Shown one piece after another: positions 61,120-64,000 of a DNA stretch of 64,000 nucleotides (position 1 is the first letter of the stretch; every line of letters begins with the position of its first letter). The translations under genes were made by a program, and so were the position numbers. The notes below the pieces were generated by a model. It made no database searches. It saw only the letters and a list, made by a program, of their open reading frames with translations, and had not been told where the DNA came from. The DNA is taken from contig DAOWBH010000001.1 of the NCBI GenBank assembly GCA_030634165.1, positions 7,361 through 71,360 of the forward strand, given 5' to 3'. Source of the stretch: Spirochaetota bacterium (GTDB taxonomy: Bacteria > Spirochaetota > JAGLSM01).

Positions 61120-62190
61120 CTAGTTCGCGCTCCCTGCTGCCAAAGGCTGTTCTGCCGAAACCTTCTTTGTTTCGGTATCCTTACCGGGGACTGACGGCAT
61201 ATCGTATTCAGCCCTTACAAGCTTCTCAACTTCCTTTAATATTTCAGGGCGTTCCATAAAGTATTTGCGGACACTTTCCTTTCCCTGTCCTATCCTTTCA
61301 GAACGGAAAGAATACCATGTCCCGCTTTTTTCTATAATATCATGTTTAACTGCAAGGTTGAGCAGGTCAGCTTCCTTTGAAATACCCTTACCGTAAATTA
61401 TTTCAAACTCGGCTTGTTTAAATGGAGGAGATACTTTGTTTTTAACAACCTTTACCCTGACCATGTTGCCGTATGCTTCCTGCCCATTTTTCAGGGTCTC
61501 TATCCTGCGGATATCCATTCTAATGGTGGCGTAAAACTTCAAGGCATTTCCACCTGTAGTTGTCTCAGGATTTCCAAAGAATACTCCTATCTTCATTCTG
61601 ATCTGGTTTATAAAAATAACAGCAGTTTTTGATTTATTTATAGAAGCAGTAAGCTTTCTAAGTGCCTGTGACATTAGACGTGCCTGAAGACCCATGTGAG
61701 AATCGCCCATTTCACCGGAAAGTTCCGCCTTTGGAACAAGAGCAGCTACAGAGTCAATAACTATTATATCCACAGCCCCGCTTCTTATAAGTGAATCAAC
61801 TATCTCAAGAGCCTGCTCCCCGGTGTCAGGTTGAGCAACCAAAAGATTGTCTGTATCAACCCCAAGGTTTTTCGCGTAAATTGGATCCAATGCATGTTCA
61901 GCATCAACAAATGCCGCAATTCCTCCGGCTTTCTGAGCTTCAGCAAGAATATGAAGCGCAATCGTCGTTTTACCGGATGATTCAGGACCATATATCTCTG
62001 TCACACGGCCCCTGGGTATTCCGCCAACACCAAGAGCAACATCAAGCGAAATAGCTCCGGTTGATATGGCAGGAACTGCCTCTTTTTTATCATCGCCAAG
62101 ACGCATGATTGAACCCTTGCCGTGTTGTTTCTCAATCTGAAGCATTGTAGCCTCAAGCGCCTGCATTTTTCCATTTGAATTATCAGCCAT
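61120..62190 (-). CDS. recA: recombinase RecA
   Basis: [23 protein letters not shown]-terminus and Walker [10 protein letters not shown]. Length 356 aa. Confidence 0.9.
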   Translation of the reverse strand: MADNSNGKMQALEATMLQIEKQHGKGSIMRLGDDKKEAVPAISTGAISLDVALGVGGIPRGRVTEIYGPESSGKTTIALHILAEAQKAGGIAAFVDAEHALDPIYAKNLGVDTDNLLVAQPDTGEQALEIVDSLIRSGAVDIIVIDSVAALVPKAELSGEMGDSHMGLQARLMSQALRKLTASINKSKTAVIFINQIRMKIGVFFGNPETTTGGNALKFYATIRMDIRRIETLKNGQEAYGNMVRVKVVKNKVSPPFKQAEFEIIYGKGISKEADLLNLAVKHDIIEKSGTWYSFRSERIGQGKESVRKYFMERPEILKEVEKLVRAEYDMPSVPGKDTETKKVSAEQPLAAGSAN

Positions 62191-62346
62191 TAAAACACCT
62201 CTTTTGTATTTTATTTCTTTCTATATCGTTATACTGTTATTCAACACAAAAAGGGGCAGAATTTATTCATTTTTTTAACCCCTGATTTCAAAAAAAATAA
62301 CAATGTCTTAAAACTAAAGGTAACAGCGAAAGTCCACCAAGTTAAA

Positions 62347-63549
62347 TTATTTTTTAGCATCATTTTTTATTTTTTGCCTGTTTCTAAGCAGCATATTTAA
62401 AATATCAGATCGTCCGAATTTTTGAGCTATACTAAGAGGTGTTGACCCTTTCGGGAATCCATCAACCTTTTTTAAAGTTTTAAAATATGCTGAAGCGCCA
62501 TTATCAAGAAGAAGATTCATTATCTTAAGCTTTTTGTAAATCACCGCATAATGAAGAGCCGTAAATCCGAATTCACTCTCTACATCGTTGATATTTGCTC
62601 CTTTCTTAAGTAATAGAAGAGCTATTCTATAACTGCCCTTTGCGACAGCCCTGTGAAGGGGGGTTATATCGTACTTTGCCTTTTTATTGACGTCAGCCCC
62701 TTTCTGAATTAAAAGGGAAGCCGAACCGTAACTATCCTTCCAGCTTGCCTGGTGAAGCGGGGTTGTCCCGTTTTTTGCTGCGGCATTGACATCAGCACCT
62801 GATTTAATAAGAAAACGGACAACATCGAGACTATCTTTCCAACTCGCGTAATGAAGAAGTGTGACCCCTTCTGAATCCGTATCGGTTACTTTTCCTCCCA
62901 CTTTCAAAAGGAGTTTTAAAATCTTCAGACGCCCGTGCAGAGCCGCATAATGCATAGGAAGAAGCCCGTATTTTTTTGTCCTTGCCGTTACTGACGCTTT
63001 TTTCTTAAGAAGCATTTTTATGATTTTCATATTGTCTTTAATGACTGCATAGTGAAGAGGTGTCTTTCCATTCTTCATCTTTGCGTTTACTTGCGCCCCC
63101 TTTTTTAAGAGAAAACCAGCGATCTGATAATGAAGCCTCTTCACAGCAAAATGAAGCGGTGTCTCGCCTGTATATGTCTGATAATTTTTATCCGCACCGC
63201 TATTTATCAGAATTGAAGCAGTTGAAATGCTGTTAATCCATGATGAATAATGGAGAGGAGTCCATCCGTCAAAGTCTCTTGCGTTTAAATCAGCTTTATG
63301 CTTTACAAGCAGCTTAATCATTGAGGTATACCCCTTCATTACAGCTATATGAAGAGGAGTCCATCCATATTTTTTCTCGGCAAAACTTACCTTTGCCCCC
63401 GCGGCAATTTGTTTTTTCACCATTGAAAGGCTGCCTGATTTTACCGCCTTTACTAAATCATTATTAAGGTCAGCCAGAACCAGGGACAATGAAAAAAATA
63501 TGAATATAGAAACCGTAAAAATTATTCTTAAAAATCCGGGCCTTTTCAA
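62347..63549 (-). CDS. secreted ankyrin-repeat protein (about 10 repeats)
   Basis: Signal peptide. Repeated GxTPLHxAxxxGxxxxxxxLLxxGAdvN units. Confidence 0.65.
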   Translation of the reverse strand: MKRPGFLRIIFTVSIFIFFSLSLVLADLNNDLVKAVKSGSLSMVKKQIAAGAKVSFAEKKYGWTPLHIAVMKGYTSMIKLLVKHKADLNARDFDGWTPLHYSSWINSISTASILINSGADKNYQTYTGETPLHFAVKRLHYQIAGFLLKKGAQVNAKMKNGKTPLHYAVIKDNMKIIKMLLKKKASVTARTKKYGLLPMHYAALHGRLKILKLLLKVGGKVTDTDSEGVTLLHYASWKDSLDVVRFLIKSGADVNAAAKNGTTPLHQASWKDSYGSASLLIQKGADVNKKAKYDITPLHRAVAKGSYRIALLLLKKGANINDVESEFGFTALHYAVIYKKLKIMNLLLDNGASAYFKTLKKVDGFPKGSTPLSIAQKFGRSDILNMLLRNRQKIKNDAKK

Positions 63550-63609
63550 TTTAGCTGCTCCTCAAATTGAATATTGAAAGATTATTACAAATTCCGGAAT
63601 TAACTGCCC

Positions 63610-64000
63610 CTATAGTCCCTGTCCACCGTCAACATAGACAATCTGCCCTGTGAGATATTCATTATGCAGCAAAAACCCTATCGAATCCAGTAAATTTTTT
63701 ATTTTGCCCTGTTTTTTTAACGGGATTTTATCGATGAGGATTTTTTCATAGCCGTCCTCATGATCTTCAGGAAGCAGAAGGAATCCCGGAGCAAGTCCAT
63801 TGACTCTAATAGAAGGCGCGAATTCCAAAGCAGCCATTTTAGTAAATTCCGCCAGCACCTTCTTGGATAGAGTGTATGAAGAATAAAGCGATGAATTATT
63901 GTTAATCTTTGTGTCAAGTATATTGATTATATGACCGCTTGAGAAATTCAAAGCGTAAGCCCTGGATAGAAAAAATGGAGCTCTAAAATTAATGGCCATA
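63610..64000 (-). CDS. short-chain dehydrogenase/reductase (SDR), C-terminal part only. The N-terminus lies beyond the window end.
   Basis: C-terminal SDR region (VNGLAPGFLLLPEDHE...GQIVYVDGG). The listed Met at 63999 is probably internal. Confidence 0.5.
   Translation of the reverse strand, partial: MAINFRAPFFLSRAYALNFSSGHIINILDTKINNNSSLYSSYTLSKKVLAEFTKMAALEFAPSIRVNGLAPGFLLLPEDHEDGYEKILIDKIPLKKQGKIKNLLDSIGFLLHNEYLTGQIVYVDGGQGL

Noticed and set aside
62191-62346. A LexA/SOS box upstream of recA.
   Set aside because: No clear CTGT-N8-ACAG or GAAC-N4-GTTC palindrome. Only a weak GGGG/CCCC hairpin with a T-run, probably the terminator of the upstream ankyrin gene.
1-64000. Searched the window for tRNA, rRNA, tmRNA, RNase P RNA and SRP RNA signatures (T-loop GTTCGAATC, GGAAAGTCCGG, tmRNA ends).
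   Set aside because: No convincing matches were found by eye. The absence is provisional without a covariance-model scan.

Overview
This window is a low-GC (about 35%), Lys-rich bacterial chromosomal segment, most likely from an uncultivated anaerobic lineage. No rRNA, tRNA or CRISPR array is recognisable. About 60 protein genes are called, mostly on the minus strand.

Core content, in window order:
- A partial LysM-repeat/M23 peptidase at the left edge that the ORF track missed, then acylphosphatase, a PIN-PhoH ATPase, an AsmA-like protein and a GH13-like hydrolase.
- Shikimate kinase, Pcm, SurE and a three-gene 2-oxoacid:ferredoxin oxidoreductase operon with a fused beta-gamma subunit.
- A cspA-like cold-shock gene, then an M3 peptidase translationally coupled to a class III nucleotidyl cyclase-domain protein, and htpG.
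- A block of outer-membrane barrel and lipoprotein genes, Nnr and a HEAT-repeat protein.
- A long co-directional minus-strand biosynthetic array: hisFAHBD, a TPR protein, rpsA, DAHP synthase-pheA, scpBA, panCB, folK, dapBA, argGFBJC, recA.

The accessory content is the more interesting part:
1. A previously unannotated 146-167 bp MITE-like element family with perfect 26-bp terminal inverted repeats. It is present in 3 full copies plus fragments, and two copies end 4-6 bp from minus-strand stop codons.
2. A second dispersed repeat built around a CCCTTCCC/GGGAAGGG hairpin whose loop differs between copies.
3. Two 44-bp perfect palindromes flanking the MITE cluster in a divergent promoter region.
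4. A 1538-aa signalling protein combining a Ser/Thr kinase, a STAND-type P-loop NTPase, TPR-like repeats, a GAF domain and a C-terminal Cys/His motif. It is preceded by a 580-bp leader carrying a long-range inverted repeat that may be a structured RNA.
5. A PNP/MTA-nucleosidase-family gene broken by a frameshift in an A7 homopolymer.
6. A ComFB-domain protein with a long C-terminal extension.

All calls rest on reading the six-frame translations and the nucleotide sequence by eye. No database searches were run.
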